A stretch of 64,000 bases of DNA from assembly GCF_028710345.1 (NCBI RefSeq), contig NZ_JAQTUH010000009.1, positions 12,580 to 76,579 of the forward strand, in the 5' to 3' direction. Within the stretch, counting starts at the first letter, position 1; each line of letters opens with the position of its first letter. The position numbers and the translations under genes were made by a program. Under the pieces are notes generated by a model that was given only the letters and a program-made list of their open reading frames with translations, had not been told where the DNA came from and searched no databases. Origin of the DNA: Sulfuricurvum sp. (GTDB lineage Bacteria; Campylobacterota; Campylobacteria; Campylobacterales; Sulfurimonadaceae). Positions 49,901 through 60,800 of the stretch are shown here, piece after piece.

Positions 49901-52220
49901 CTCCGCCTTTCGCATCCCATGCCCGACCAAGTTGATGCAATACATCAAGCTTTCGAGCTTTACTGGAATGCAGTTCTAAACAAAAATCTCCCAATCCCAC
50001 GTCACGTAATCGACGATAAACTACATCCAATGCCGCAATCTTTTCCGATACAAACAAAACGGTTTTTTGTTCAGCGAGACACTGAGCGATCATATTGGAA
50101 ATAGTTTGGCTTTTACCTGTTCCCGGAGGGCCTATGAGTACAAAATCTTTCCCCTTAGCGGATGCCATTACCGCTGAGAGTTGAGAGGAATCGACGGGTA
50201 ATGGACAAAATGTTTTTTCAGGGCCATAATCTTCATCGAGTTTTTTAGGATTCGAAAAAGCAACCTTACTTGGATAGGGATCACGTGGTGTTTCAATCAA
50301 GTGACGTACAACAGGGTTTTGTTTCAACTGCTCCGTATGATCTATCAAATCTTTCCACATCAGATATTTTGCAAAAGAAAAGGTTGAGAGTACAACTTCC
50401 TCTGATACTTCCCACCCTTTTATATCTTTGATAGCCTGAGACACTTGTCTCCATATACCATGGATATCTAGCCCATGATCATCTTTTGGCAATTCACGCT
50501 GGGCAATAGGTAGTTCGAGCTCAAAATCTTGGCGAAGCATCTGTATAAGTGTCGGATTAAAACGGGCTTCATCATCATGTAAGATGAGGCTGAAGCCCTC
50601 ACGCACACTTTTTCGATTGAGTATGACGGGGATTAAAATCAGCGGAGCACGATAGCGTTTGTCATCTTTCTCACTACGTGTCCATGAAAGAAATCCAACA
50701 GCCAGATAAAGAGTATTTGATCCCCCCTCAGAAAGTGATGCACGCGCAGTTCTGTAGAGTTCAGTGAGACGGCTATCCAATTCATCAGCTGACAATGCAA
50801 CAAATACCTCATTACGATTCAGGGCATCCAACGCATGTTCTCGATGCAAATTTTCCTGCTCGCGTGATTCATGAATACTACGATCGCGTAAATCTGATCC
50901 ATCCATCAAATCAGGTCTAGGTTTTATTCGTATCGTATTGCCATCAGCTAAATTGTCTTCCAATAGCCCAGGATCAGGAGCATCCAGTTTGATCATACGT
51001 TTATTCGTTCGAAAGTTGAGAAGATTATTGCGCAATGAGAGATCTAGCAGTTTACGTTGCCACATATCAAGCCGATCCGTCGGTGCTGAAGAAATATCAT
51101 TATCTCGAATGATTTCATCATCTGGCAAATCAGGAGCTTCATCAAACATAGGCTCCAGATTTTCTTCTTCTACAAGAGGAATTGAACTGGCTTTACTGTC
51201 TGCACTTGCCAGAGGTTTGATACGTTGTAGCCTTGCCCGTTTGACATCGATGATTAGTTCAAACTTTGTTTCTTCAGCTTCAGATATCTGTTTTTCTCCT
51301 TGTTCAATTGCCCGTTTGAATGAAGGACATGGACGTTGTGTTAAATAAGTCGTTTCAAATACAACCAGTTCTTTGAGAGCTATTCTTTTTCTTAGTGCTG
51401 TAATATCATCGGTTAGTACTGTCGAGAATTCTTCGTCTTTAAGCCAAACACCGGCGAAAGAGTGTCCCCGAGTAAAGATGATAATAGGGTTAAGTCCACA
51501 TTGTTCCAGCGCCGCACAAATGAGTAGTGTACTATCCAAACACGTGGCGAGTCCTGCATCGCTAATTTGCCCTGGAGTACGTATCTTTTGCCCCGATACT
51601 TCAAAACTAGCGGGAGGTAATGCATAGTCTAATCCGAGTGAACCGATCGCAGTCCAAATTGCAGAAGCTATTTCCCACGCTTTTTTTGGACCACCGAGAT
51701 ATCCATTTAATGACGATTCTTTTTCATGCTCACGTAAAATAGACGCTGCTTTTTTCAGTAATCTCTCTACCAATGCATCATTAGGCTGAACGTAGGCAGC
51801 AATCATCTCTGGCATATGCCCAATACCGCTCCATTGATTACGAGGTAATAATTCAATGGTATCTTCTGCTTTAGCTATTACATTGTCATTAGAAGTCAGG
51901 GACAAAGTGATTTGTATATTTTCTGATTCATTCAACTGAATCAACATGGAATTGTCAAATTGCACATCTCGATCAGGTATCGGTAGTTTCTGACCGGCTG
52001 AAATCATATCAATATGCCAGATTTTAGGCTTAATGAAAGCAGGGGTAGTGGATAACGTCAATGTTAAATCACTTAAAGGTTGATCGCTAGTGTTGAGCAA
52101 ATTCAATTCTATTAAGACTGGTACAGAGTTTTGAAAAAATGCGAGATTAAATTTTGGTAAGAAATTCGCTTCTATTATGATTGGTTCATTGTTCACTTTT
52201 TTTCCTGATAAATTTTTCAT
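46959..52220 (-). CDS. DUF4011-SF1 helicase-Vsr-like nuclease (Hhe-like defence protein)
   Basis: WQRKLLDLSLRNNLLNF (DUF4011), GPPGTGKS, DEASQ, QGDERD, RLNVAITRA, RIDLGI...GVECDGATYH. Confidence 0.85.
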   Translation of the reverse strand: MKNLSGKKVNNEPIIIEANFLPKFNLAFFQNSVPVLIELNLLNTSDQPLSDLTLTLSTTPAFIKPKIWHIDMISAGQKLPIPDRDVQFDNSMLIQLNESENIQITLSLTSNDNVIAKAEDTIELLPRNQWSGIGHMPEMIAAYVQPNDALVERLLKKAASILREHEKESSLNGYLGGPKKAWEIASAIWTAIGSLGLDYALPPASFEVSGQKIRTPGQISDAGLATCLDSTLLICAALEQCGLNPIIIFTRGHSFAGVWLKDEEFSTVLTDDITALRKRIALKELVVFETTYLTQRPCPSFKRAIEQGEKQISEAEETKFELIIDVKRARLQRIKPLASADSKASSIPLVEEENLEPMFDEAPDLPDDEIIRDNDISSAPTDRLDMWQRKLLDLSLRNNLLNFRTNKRMIKLDAPDPGLLEDNLADGNTIRIKPRPDLMDGSDLRDRSIHESREQENLHREHALDALNRNEVFVALSADELDSRLTELYRTARASLSEGGSNTLYLAVGFLSWTRSEKDDKRYRAPLILIPVILNRKSVREGFSLILHDDEARFNPTLIQMLRQDFELELPIAQRELPKDDHGLDIHGIWRQVSQAIKDIKGWEVSEEVVLSTFSFAKYLMWKDLIDHTEQLKQNPVVRHLIETPRDPYPSKVAFSNPKKLDEDYGPEKTFCPLPVDSSQLSAVMASAKGKDFVLIGPPGTGKSQTISNMIAQCLAEQKTVLFVSEKIAALDVVYRRLRDVGLGDFCLELHSSKARKLDVLHQLGRAWDAKGGVEADEWHREAQKLQTLRNQLNDFVNQLHKKRHNGLTAYKAIGQILSGQHFPRLGLQWSAGDVHDVDTLEKLLNLADRLDLNAREVGDISNSPLSIIKHDEWSPNWQETMLQSSTHIVPKIKKFELSAEAYAQALGLPIFNLETRVREALLLLTKALPLAAGNDFRFVLRPDARRIMDDLDRGVQFIQQHKSTFQQLSVPYRDEVTNVMVEHLSEQWQKAEQTFWPMSWLGRRKVYKELANHIQGKHKPDVATDLPKIQELRKLEADINELNDLVGKTSGLWAGLKTRLNEAENGQLFYKNISSAMAALAKDADSLILIKASLEKLLGDGNALLEEAGSITGAGNHYVQSLNEFNDAFELFISKAGIGSIELMDKVGDTPAELAKYCAAIPPMEPKLHAWCAWNKASNEAIGLGLKPLVLGIELGEVKLGEVRNAFETDYCRWWLNTTVDGDDVLRTFVSTEHEKRIADFRVLDDKFTQLTRNYIYATLCEDLPDQEEVKKSSEWGILKREMQKKRAHKPLRELISLMPNTITKLTPCLLMSPLSIAQYLSTDIALFDVVIFDEASQIPVWDAIGAIARGKQVVMVGDPKQLPPTSFFNRASAADEEDVNEDVEVDLESILDECIGANLPTLNLSWHYRSRHESLIAFSNHHYYGGGLVTFPSPVTDDRAVSFHLIKNGVYEKGSSRTNKPEARALVEELVTKLSDKAFQASKLTIGVVTFNSEQQRLIEDLLDDARRKNPDIEPYFSEDALEPVFVKNLESVQGDERDIMYFSIGYGPDLAGKISMNFGPMNKSGGERRLNVAITRARHELRVFSSLRPDQIDLSRTQSSGVRDLKHFLEFAERGSRALAEAVLGSIGEYESPFEEAIANALKRKGWEVHPQIGVSSFRIDLGIVDPDSPGRYLAGVECDGATYHRSATAKDRDKLREHVLKGLGWNIVRIWSTDWWQDSEGALKKVHMQLESLLEQQRSKQAISEGGES

Positions 52221-52285
52221 ATAAATTCTCTATACTTGATTTGTCTTATTATCTGTCAGAAGGATTTAGAGAAAATCATTACAAT

Positions 52286-52519
52286 TTATTCAACGGAGGC
52301 TTCTGACTGTCTTATAATTACTTCATTGATTTTAGAGATCATGACATTAACCTTTTCTCTTTCTTCTGGAGTAATCTCTTCGGAGTAGCTTGTTTCTTCC
52401 AATTCATTATCTTCATGGATAAATTTTATCAATTTAATGTAATTAAAATCCTCTTCTGTTCCATTGTGAAGCAATTTTACTTTTATTTCATTTTCTTCTT
52501 TGGAAAAAACTAATTTCAT
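52286..52519 (-). CDS. Small acidic hypothetical protein coupled to the PHP-ATPase
   Basis: 77 aa; ATGA overlap and GGAG RBS inside the upstream gene. Confidence 0.7.
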   Translation of the reverse strand: MKLVFSKEENEIKVKLLHNGTEEDFNYIKLIKFIHEDNELEETSYSEEITPEEREKVNVMISKINEVIIRQSEASVE

Positions 52520-54849
52520 ACCATCTCCTCAAATTTTTTCATATTGTATTTTTTAACTCTCTTTTTAATAGACGTTTTCCCACCATCAGTAATTGTTGCA
52601 ATATGATCAACGACACTAATTCCATTTATTTTGCCCTCTAAAGGATTGGACGTAATCAATATCTTTTCATCATTTTTACATAAGATAACATTTTGAGCAT
52701 CACCCAACATAGGTATCGTAGCATTATGCGATACAATGATTACTTGTTTACGCTCTTTTATTTTTTTTATGGCATCAATCAATCCTTTGTTAATATAACT
52801 ATTTGCTAAATTGTCTTCTGGTTGATCAATAATCAATGGTGCTATGTCACCTTCATATCCTAAAATTAAATCTAAAAGCACTGATGTCTTCCAGCCTGCG
52901 CTCAAAGAATCAAATTCTTTACCATCCCTTGTAATAATTCTATATTTTCTTTTATTCATATTCTCAAATTCAATATATACTTTTGATTTGAAGTCTTCAT
53001 AAGTGCTAACTTTTGGTCTTTCTTTATAATTTGCAACGTATAATTCTCTTGGGTTTAATTGTTCCAAAGAACCAATTTTATATTCACTTTTTAAAAACTC
53101 ATTAATGGTTTTTAAAAAAATATCTCTATCAATTTTAAATGTATATTCAATTGATAATTGATGCCCCATTGATTCAATAACTCGGCTTTGAATTGTTAAA
53201 TCATACGATTGGATTTTTTCAAGCTGATTTTTAAATTTATTCAAGTTATCTGTATATTGATTAATTTGAGTGATTAATTTCTCATAGTTTTCTTTCTTGT
53301 GCTGACTTTCTTTATTCATGGTAGAAAACAAATCGTCTAAGCTCTTTTTTCCAAGCAAAATTTGAGTCCTAACTTCTTGTTCAAAAGAAGATAATAAATA
53401 TGCATTCTTTAATTTATCTATTATAGTCTGTAGCTCAACTTCATCGTATTCAATAAATTCGTTATTCTGCATAAATTTTTGAAGATCATCGATGGATTTT
53501 AAATGCTGTTCGTAAACTGACAATGAATATTCTATTTTGCTTATTAAGTCATCAGAAGGTTGTATTAACTGGATAATGTTTTCTTTTATTTCGGAAGTTT
53601 GAATCAATCTGTTTAAAGAAGGAATTTTCAATATTTCATTTTCTGATTTTTCAATTTTTTCGACATAATCTATTAAATCGTTTATATCTTTCTTTAAATC
53701 AGATAAACCATTTTGAATTCTATCTCTTACATCTTTTTCATCAGGAAATACTTTTTTTATAATATCAATTTTGTCAATTTCATTTTTGTTTCCAGCTATT
53801 AAACTCATAATGTAATTTTGATTAATGTAATGAGGTATGCAATGTGAAGGATTGTCAATTTCAATGCTTTCTACACCAAAAGATTTATAATTTGATGTCG
53901 AAAAATCATTTAATGTTTTACAAGTAATTGCATCAACGAAAAGTGTTTTTCCACTGGAAGAATCACCAATTACAACATTTAAACCTGGCGTCAAAGAAAC
54001 GTCAATCGTAATAGAATCATTTTCTAGTTGAACAGATTTTAAATATTCAGCCCAATAGTCAGGCTTAGTTTCACTATAAATCAATCTAGAATGTTCTGAT
54101 AATGACAGTCTCAAACCATCAAATGTAGGTTCGGCCAACATCCAAGTGGGAAGAAAATCGCTTGCGTCATCTGATTTTGTTTTAGGATATCGTACAGGGT
54201 TATAATTATCAGTGCAAGTAATTAAATTTATATATTCATTAATTCCTAAACGGCTAAAGAAGCTTATTGTCCTTTCTAATCCTCTTCTGTTCCTAGCGGT
54301 AAAACCATCAAATTGATTATAGTACAAGCTTTTTTCAAGGCGAGTATTAAAGTGTCCATCAACAGATTCATCAAATGTTCTGTGGTTTTGTCCACCATGA
54401 GGTAATAGTAAAAAATCATATTGATCAAATTTTCTGATTATAGTTTCAATATTTTCTACTTTTGTTTCCGGAATAGATTCTCCATTTTCTATTCGTTCAG
54501 GTTTGATAACTTTTTGAGGATAAAGCTCATCTAAAATAAGATTAATTCCGTCTATAGCTTCTTCGGTAATTACATCAAAATTAAAATATATATGACAATG
54601 ATAAGGTGGTCTTGTTTCAGCATTTTTAATATGTAATTCAACACCTAAGATAACATTCTTTGTTTTCTCAAGCAATTTCATATATGCATTTTTATTTATT
54701 GTATTGTGATCAGTTAAGGATATTAAGAAAGCTGAATTACTACTTACTTCAGCTACTTTTTCTAATAATAAATCAACATCATAATTTTGATTTAGATTTT
54801 CTTCATTCTCAGATGTATGTATATGTAAATCCAAATAAACTGGTGTCAT
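52516..54849 (-). CDS. PHP-domain phosphoesterase fused to an ABC/SMC-like ATPase (Ppl/TrlF-like)
   Basis: DLHIHT, TDHN, HCHIYF, CTDNY; GDSSSGKT, coiled coil, LSAGWK, IIDQPEDNL, VSHN. Confidence 0.85.
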   Translation of the reverse strand: MTPVYLDLHIHTSENEENLNQNYDVDLLLEKVAEVSSNSAFLISLTDHNTINKNAYMKLLEKTKNVILGVELHIKNAETRPPYHCHIYFNFDVITEEAIDGINLILDELYPQKVIKPERIENGESIPETKVENIETIIRKFDQYDFLLLPHGGQNHRTFDESVDGHFNTRLEKSLYYNQFDGFTARNRRGLERTISFFSRLGINEYINLITCTDNYNPVRYPKTKSDDASDFLPTWMLAEPTFDGLRLSLSEHSRLIYSETKPDYWAEYLKSVQLENDSITIDVSLTPGLNVVIGDSSSGKTLFVDAITCKTLNDFSTSNYKSFGVESIEIDNPSHCIPHYINQNYIMSLIAGNKNEIDKIDIIKKVFPDEKDVRDRIQNGLSDLKKDINDLIDYVEKIEKSENEILKIPSLNRLIQTSEIKENIIQLIQPSDDLISKIEYSLSVYEQHLKSIDDLQKFMQNNEFIEYDEVELQTIIDKLKNAYLLSSFEQEVRTQILLGKKSLDDLFSTMNKESQHKKENYEKLITQINQYTDNLNKFKNQLEKIQSYDLTIQSRVIESMGHQLSIEYTFKIDRDIFLKTINEFLKSEYKIGSLEQLNPRELYVANYKERPKVSTYEDFKSKVYIEFENMNKRKYRIITRDGKEFDSLSAGWKTSVLLDLILGYEGDIAPLIIDQPEDNLANSYINKGLIDAIKKIKERKQVIIVSHNATIPMLGDAQNVILCKNDEKILITSNPLEGKINGISVVDHIATITDGGKTSIKKRVKKYNMKKFEEMV

Positions 54850-54988
54850 ATTTTCTCCTTTTACGATTCAATAATTCTCAACTAATTTTTTGATCTTTAT
54901 TTCATGAGAGATCAAAAATATCTGCAGATACGACTCGCTTATCTGGATGCGCCGTTCTTCGTTCTTGATATCCGAATAGCAAAAGAAA

Positions 54989-56866
54989 TTAGTCAGCATC
55001 TGAAAGCGTTTCAATTACAGGCTCTGGTAGTAATTCAATCTCCATTTCTACTTCATCGAAATCCTGAAATTCCATTTTTGAATCTTTCAATGTTTTTGAA
55101 GTTCGTGCACCAAGCCGTTTCAGGTTTTCAACACGTCCCATCAAATTACCAGACCCTTCTGTTAATTGCTTGTGAGCATGCTCATATGTACTTGTAGCCG
55201 TCTGTAACTGTTTTCCGATTTTTCCAAAACTGTCAGAAAATCCAACCATTTTGTCATATAGTTTTCCTGCCTCGTCAAATAGTTTTGATGCCAAAGTATT
55301 TGACTGTTCACTTTGCCAATAAAGGTATATAGTTCTTAGTGAAACAGTCAACGTAGAAGGGTTGACTATGGCGATATGTTTTTTGAGTGCATACTCGTAC
55401 AATTTTGGATCTTGTTGTATTGCCATAGCAAAGGCACCTTCAATCGGAACAAACATAAAGACGTATTGCAACGTTCCTACTTTGTAATGAGCATAATCTT
55501 TGCTATCAAGTGTGTCTATATGGTTTTTGAATGAAGCCACGATTCCATTTGTTGCTAATAGCCGTTCCTCGTCAGTTTCTGCATGTATATAGTTGTTATA
55601 ATCATTGAGTGAGACTTTCGAGTCGATGATGATCGTCCGCTCTTGCGGTAGTTTTATGATCACGTCAGGGCGTTTGGTATTTCCTTCCTCATCTTTATAA
55701 CTTTCTTGTGTATCGTAATGCACCCCTTTGCGTAAACCGGAGTATTCAAGTACGCTTTCAAGTATCATTTCTCCCCAGCTGCCTTGCATCTGTTTTTTGC
55801 CTTTAAGCGCTTTTGTAAGGCTTTCGGCTTCCTTGCTGATATTCATACCTGCTTTGGTAACTTGCTCTATCTCTTTGGAAAGCTCGGCAAACTTTTTGGT
55901 ACTGTTTTCTTGAGAATCTTCGACCTTTTTCTTGAATGTATCAAGGTTTTCTTTGAAAGGTTTTAGTAACCCATCAAGTGATTTCATCGAAGTTTCATCA
56001 AATTTTTTGAGTTTACTATCAAGGTTTTGTTGCATGATTTCGTTGAGTTTTAGCTCAAGCTTTTTACTCTGTTCTTCAAAATCTTTTTTCAGTTTTTCGT
56101 TGTTTTCTTGCTGTGCAGCAAGTTCTGCCTGAAATTTAGATTTTTCTGCCTTAAGATCGCTATTGTTTTCCTGTAATGATTCTATTTTTACTTGCGAAGA
56201 CGTAAGATCATCTTTTAAGAGTTTGATTGTCTGAAGTAACTCATTTTTACTTTCATTTAGGGCGTTTGAATCAGCTTGTAATACTGATTTTTGACTGGTT
56301 AAAGTGGTGTTTTCTTCAAGTAAATTATCTATTTTCTTTTGAGCTGTTTTTAAGTCATCTTTGTGTGTATTAATCTCATTTTGCAAATCGCTATTTTTGC
56401 TGTTAAAGCGTTCAGTATCTTTTTGAAAACCAAGAGTTAACTGTTGTAATTCATGCTCTTTTTTATCAATATTGCTATTGGCTTGTTGCAACTGACTTTT
56501 TAACGTTTCGATAGATATATTTAATTCATTTTTTTCACTTTCGAGTTTAACTACTTGATCTTCTGTGGATGTAACTTTTTTTGAAAACTCAATGAGATCT
56601 TTTTCATTTTCGGCAATGGTGACATCTTTTTGGGATAAATAAGTTTTATGGGTATCTATTGATAGCAATAGATCTTTATTTTCAACGCGTAGATTTTCTA
56701 TGGTTTCAGTTAAAAGAGGGACTCGTGCGGCTAAATCACGTTTTTCATTCAATTCGTTTTGTAGAGTTGCATCAGGTGAACTTTGAATGCTTTTTCGCAT
56801 CCAGACAACAGAGCCTATGACGACAACTGATAAAACCAATACGGCAATTGTTATTTCAAACTCCAT
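54989..56866 (-). CDS. rmuC: RmuC-family protein with long coiled coil
   Basis: N-terminal TM anchor; QGSWGE, RPDVIIKLP, IIDSKV and MFVPIE motifs. Confidence 0.9.
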   Translation of the reverse strand: MEFEITIAVLVLSVVVIGSVVWMRKSIQSSPDATLQNELNEKRDLAARVPLLTETIENLRVENKDLLLSIDTHKTYLSQKDVTIAENEKDLIEFSKKVTSTEDQVVKLESEKNELNISIETLKSQLQQANSNIDKKEHELQQLTLGFQKDTERFNSKNSDLQNEINTHKDDLKTAQKKIDNLLEENTTLTSQKSVLQADSNALNESKNELLQTIKLLKDDLTSSQVKIESLQENNSDLKAEKSKFQAELAAQQENNEKLKKDFEEQSKKLELKLNEIMQQNLDSKLKKFDETSMKSLDGLLKPFKENLDTFKKKVEDSQENSTKKFAELSKEIEQVTKAGMNISKEAESLTKALKGKKQMQGSWGEMILESVLEYSGLRKGVHYDTQESYKDEEGNTKRPDVIIKLPQERTIIIDSKVSLNDYNNYIHAETDEERLLATNGIVASFKNHIDTLDSKDYAHYKVGTLQYVFMFVPIEGAFAMAIQQDPKLYEYALKKHIAIVNPSTLTVSLRTIYLYWQSEQSNTLASKLFDEAGKLYDKMVGFSDSFGKIGKQLQTATSTYEHAHKQLTEGSGNLMGRVENLKRLGARTSKTLKDSKMEFQDFDEVEMEIELLPEPVIETLSDAD

Positions 56867-57081
56867 ATGTATCCTTTTTAATTCTCAAAATAGAAATGTT
56901 ATGCGTTGGAAGAGGCTTAATATTAAAGTTTATGACATGGTTGGGCAGATGGGTGTCAGAGAAATGGAGAGCTCTCAACGCAGGCCTTTATCAAAAGATA
57001 ATAATTGTTAATAGATTAATATCTCTTCGCTTAAAATAACCCTTTTTGTTTATAAAAAGTGTACAATAAGTAAAAATTATC

Positions 57082-57879
57082 TTGGATTTATTGATGCTCG
57101 ATCCTATTGCAATTTATAGTACAGTTTTTTCGAATGCTTGGCCAATTTTTCTTCTGATCATTGTTATCCTCTTTTTCAAAAGCCCGTTTATGAAAGGGAA
57201 AATAGGGGAAGTGATTGTTAATTCTATCAACTCAGCTACGTTGGATGAGACTATCTATATTCCCATCAAAAACGTTACCTTGTCCCTAAAGGACGGTTCG
57301 ACAACCCAAATCGATCATATTTTAGTTTCCAAATACGGCTTATTTGTTATCGAAACCAAAAATATGAAAGGGTGGATTTTTGGAGGAGAAGATCAAAAAG
57401 AGTGGACACAGCAGATATTCAAAGACAAATACCGTTTTCAAAACCCTCTCCGCCAGAACTATCGCCATATTAAAGCACTTGAAGAGATACTTGAAGTTCC
57501 ACCAACAGCATTGACATCGGTGATTGCATTCGTTGGAGAATGCACATTTAAAACCACAATGCCGGAGAATGTCTTTCGAGGAATTTCTTATACTAAATAC
57601 ATCAAGTCTTTTGATCAAGAGAGATTGAACCCCTTACAAATTCGCCAAATCCTTAGTAAGCTACAACGTAAACAATTAGAGCAAAGCTTTACAACCGATC
57701 GTACACATGTCCAAAACCTCAAAGAACGAATGGAACAACCGGTAGTATCCAGTACCGCTGCTATGACATGCAGCCGTTGCGGCAGTACAATGGTATTGAG
57801 ACAGAATAAGAAAAACGGTGAAGAATTCTATGGTTGCAGCAACTATCCAAAATGTAAACATACGGCACCGATAGTATGA
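57082..57879 (+). CDS. NERD-domain nuclease with C-terminal topoisomerase-type zinc ribbon
   Basis: TQIDHILVS, VIETKN, QNPLRQN; CSRCG...FYGCSNYPKC. Confidence 0.92.
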   Translation: MDLLMLDPIAIYSTVFSNAWPIFLLIIVILFFKSPFMKGKIGEVIVNSINSATLDETIYIPIKNVTLSLKDGSTTQIDHILVSKYGLFVIETKNMKGWIFGGEDQKEWTQQIFKDKYRFQNPLRQNYRHIKALEEILEVPPTALTSVIAFVGECTFKTTMPENVFRGISYTKYIKSFDQERLNPLQIRQILSKLQRKQLEQSFTTDRTHVQNLKERMEQPVVSSTAAMTCSRCGSTMVLRQNKKNGEEFYGCSNYPKCKHTAPIV

Positions 57880-60800
57880 GTATCGCCGAACTCACCCAAA
57901 AACGGTTCAGCCACGTAGAATCATGTAAGTTAAATAGCGATAACTCTCATCGAATCATCGCAAACCTCTATTCAGACAGCACCCACTTCCTCTATGAACT
58001 TTTGCAAAACGCGCAGGATGCCGAAGCGACATCGGTATCATTTGAACTCCACCCCGATAGATTGGAAACCTCCCACAACGGCAGAGCTTTTAGTTTTACC
58101 GATGTTGAGTCGATTACAACGATCGGAAGTTCCACAAAGTCAAATGAGCCCAATAAGATAGGAAAATTCGGTGCCGGTTTTAAATCGGTATTCTCTATCA
58201 CCGATACCCCCCATATTTATAGTGGAACCTATAATTTCAAGATCAGTGACTATATCATCCCCGAAACGATCGATCCGCTGGAAAACCAAAGCGATGAACA
58301 TACAAGCGTTCTTCTGCCGTTTGATAGAGCAGAGATCGATGCGAAAACACTTTATGTTTCCATTGCTAAACGTCTTCGCTCCATCGGTAAAGACGAGCTC
58401 CTTTTTCTTAGCAACCTATGTCGTATCGATTGGAAGATAGGTGATGAAGCCGGATATGTCGAAAAAGCAATCGATGAAGCATCTGAAACACGCTCCCTTA
58501 TCACACTAGAGACGCATAACAAGACAGAACGTTTCGAACTCTACCGTCGCAGCTTCACGATTGAAAATAAATTACTTGAATGTAAAATCGCATTTGCTTT
58601 AAACGCATATGATCGATATGTCTCGATCGGCACCAATCCGCTCTATGTTTTTTTCCCGACTGTTGTACCTACCAACTTGCAGTTCCTCATTCATGCCCCT
58701 TATAAAACCACCCCAAACCGTGAAACGATCAACTTCTCCGATCCTCAGAACCAAACTATCACCGATAACATTGTTGAGCTCTATAAGAGCGTTTTAAAAG
58801 ACATGGCGGAACGAAAGGTATTGGATGTTGAGACCATGGGGCTTTTTCCTCTCTCCTCTCAAAGCGGGGAACTTTCTCAAAAAATGCTTGAAGCATCTAT
58901 TTTTCTCTTTAAAACACATCCGCTGATTCCGACACAAGAGGGTGGATATGCATTGCCTTCATCACTGTTTTCCTTGAACGGCGAACTGGATCATACATTT
59001 TTCTATGAATCTCAGATCCATACGCTCTTTGAGAAAACAGCATGGATTCATGAAGGGTTCTATAAACCGATTCATCTCGTCCTCAAACGTTTTTTGAACA
59101 GCTATTTGAATGTCATGGAGTACAAATTAAACGACATCCTTCATAGTATCACTGAAGAATTTTTGGTTGCTAAGAGCAATGAATGGATGGGAACGTTTTA
59201 CGGTGAGTTTGATAAAGCCAAACACTACGTAAACTCTTATCTATTAAATCGACCGTTGGCACGTCTCGAAGACGGTAGCCAAATCCCGTTTAAATCCGAA
59301 AGAGGGGATATTCAGGTCTATATCCATCCGGGAATGTCGACTCGCTTTCAGTGCTTGCACCCTGATACCACAGCATCGACGGGCGCTAAAAGCTTTTTGA
59401 ATTCTATCGGGGTTAAGGCTCCGGACGTTATTGACGAGATCAAAGAGTTTATCCTTCCGACATTAACTACCCTTTCAAAAGATCTGGATTCAACAGAAAC
59501 CTATTTACAAGGGATGGGAACACTTTTAGAGATCTACAATGATTCAGAGCCATCCAATCGATCACGAATTGTCGAACTCATCAAAACTTCTGCATGTATA
59601 TTAGCCGTCTATAAAGGTGAGTTCAAAGTAGCGCGCCCGCAAGATGTCTATCTACCCACTGAGCCATTGAAGCGATGGTTTGTAGGGGATACTTCGATAA
59701 GTATGATGGATGCTGCATTGTGGGCTGTGCTAAGCAGCAGTGATTTAGGTACTTCATTGCCGTTTCAAATACGCCCGGAAATTAAAATGGCTGATCCACA
59801 TATCGACTCAGCGCATAAAGAGCGATTGCGTCATACACCATTGGTAGTTGATAGGGGAGGGGATGATTTTAGTTGGGAAGGGCTTGACCGCCTCTTGTCC
59901 ACACCGATCGATAAAGAGCTCAGTCTAATCATTTGGAACTTTTTGATTTCGTATCTCGAAGAGAAGAAAAATATTTTGCGCGGATATTATCGATGGCAAA
60001 GCCCGTTCAATAATCATGAGAAAGAGTTTGACTCGAAAATCTGTGTTCTCTTGAAACAGACATCATGGTTATATGATCAGGATGGTGTCGTACATAAACC
60101 TACCAAACTAAAAGCGGAAGAATTATCCGAAGCGTACAGTTTTGATGCTATGGGTGTTGACGTCAAAGAATTACTCTCCCTATTGTCGTTTAAGACAGAC
60201 GCTATCGAAGATCTCGAAAAACAGGGCTATAAAATAATCACACCCGATGAAGCGGAAGCATTCGAATCATTCAAAAAATTGCAGCAGCAATCGATTGAAG
60301 AGGAAGAACCAATTCTTTGGAATCCGGCATCACCAAATATTGGCACATGGGTGAGTGAAGCCGATCCGGATATGAAAGTGGATATCGAAATATATGAACC
60401 AAAACCAAAGAAATCAAAAGATCTTCGTAATCAAACTCCACAGAGCTTTTTTGAGGATGAGATGGAAGAGCCATATAGACCCTTCGTTCCTAAGACAATC
60501 CGCAAATCGATCGGAGAGTGGAGCGAAAAATATGTCTATCGCTATTTGCAAGATTTTTGTGAGCAGAACGCAGATAAAGGGTATCATGTCCGTTGGATGA
60601 ACAATGAAAAAGATGTAGGTTGGGGATATGATTTTGTTTTGATGAAGGGGGAGAAGGAACTTCGCTATATCGAAGTCAAAGGACGATCATCCAACACTAG
60701 TGAAATCGAAATTTCCAAGACTCAATGGGAGTTTGCAAAATTCCTCTTCGACAAAGGGGAGGGGGATAAGTATTCGATTTTCATCGTTCAAAACGCTGGT

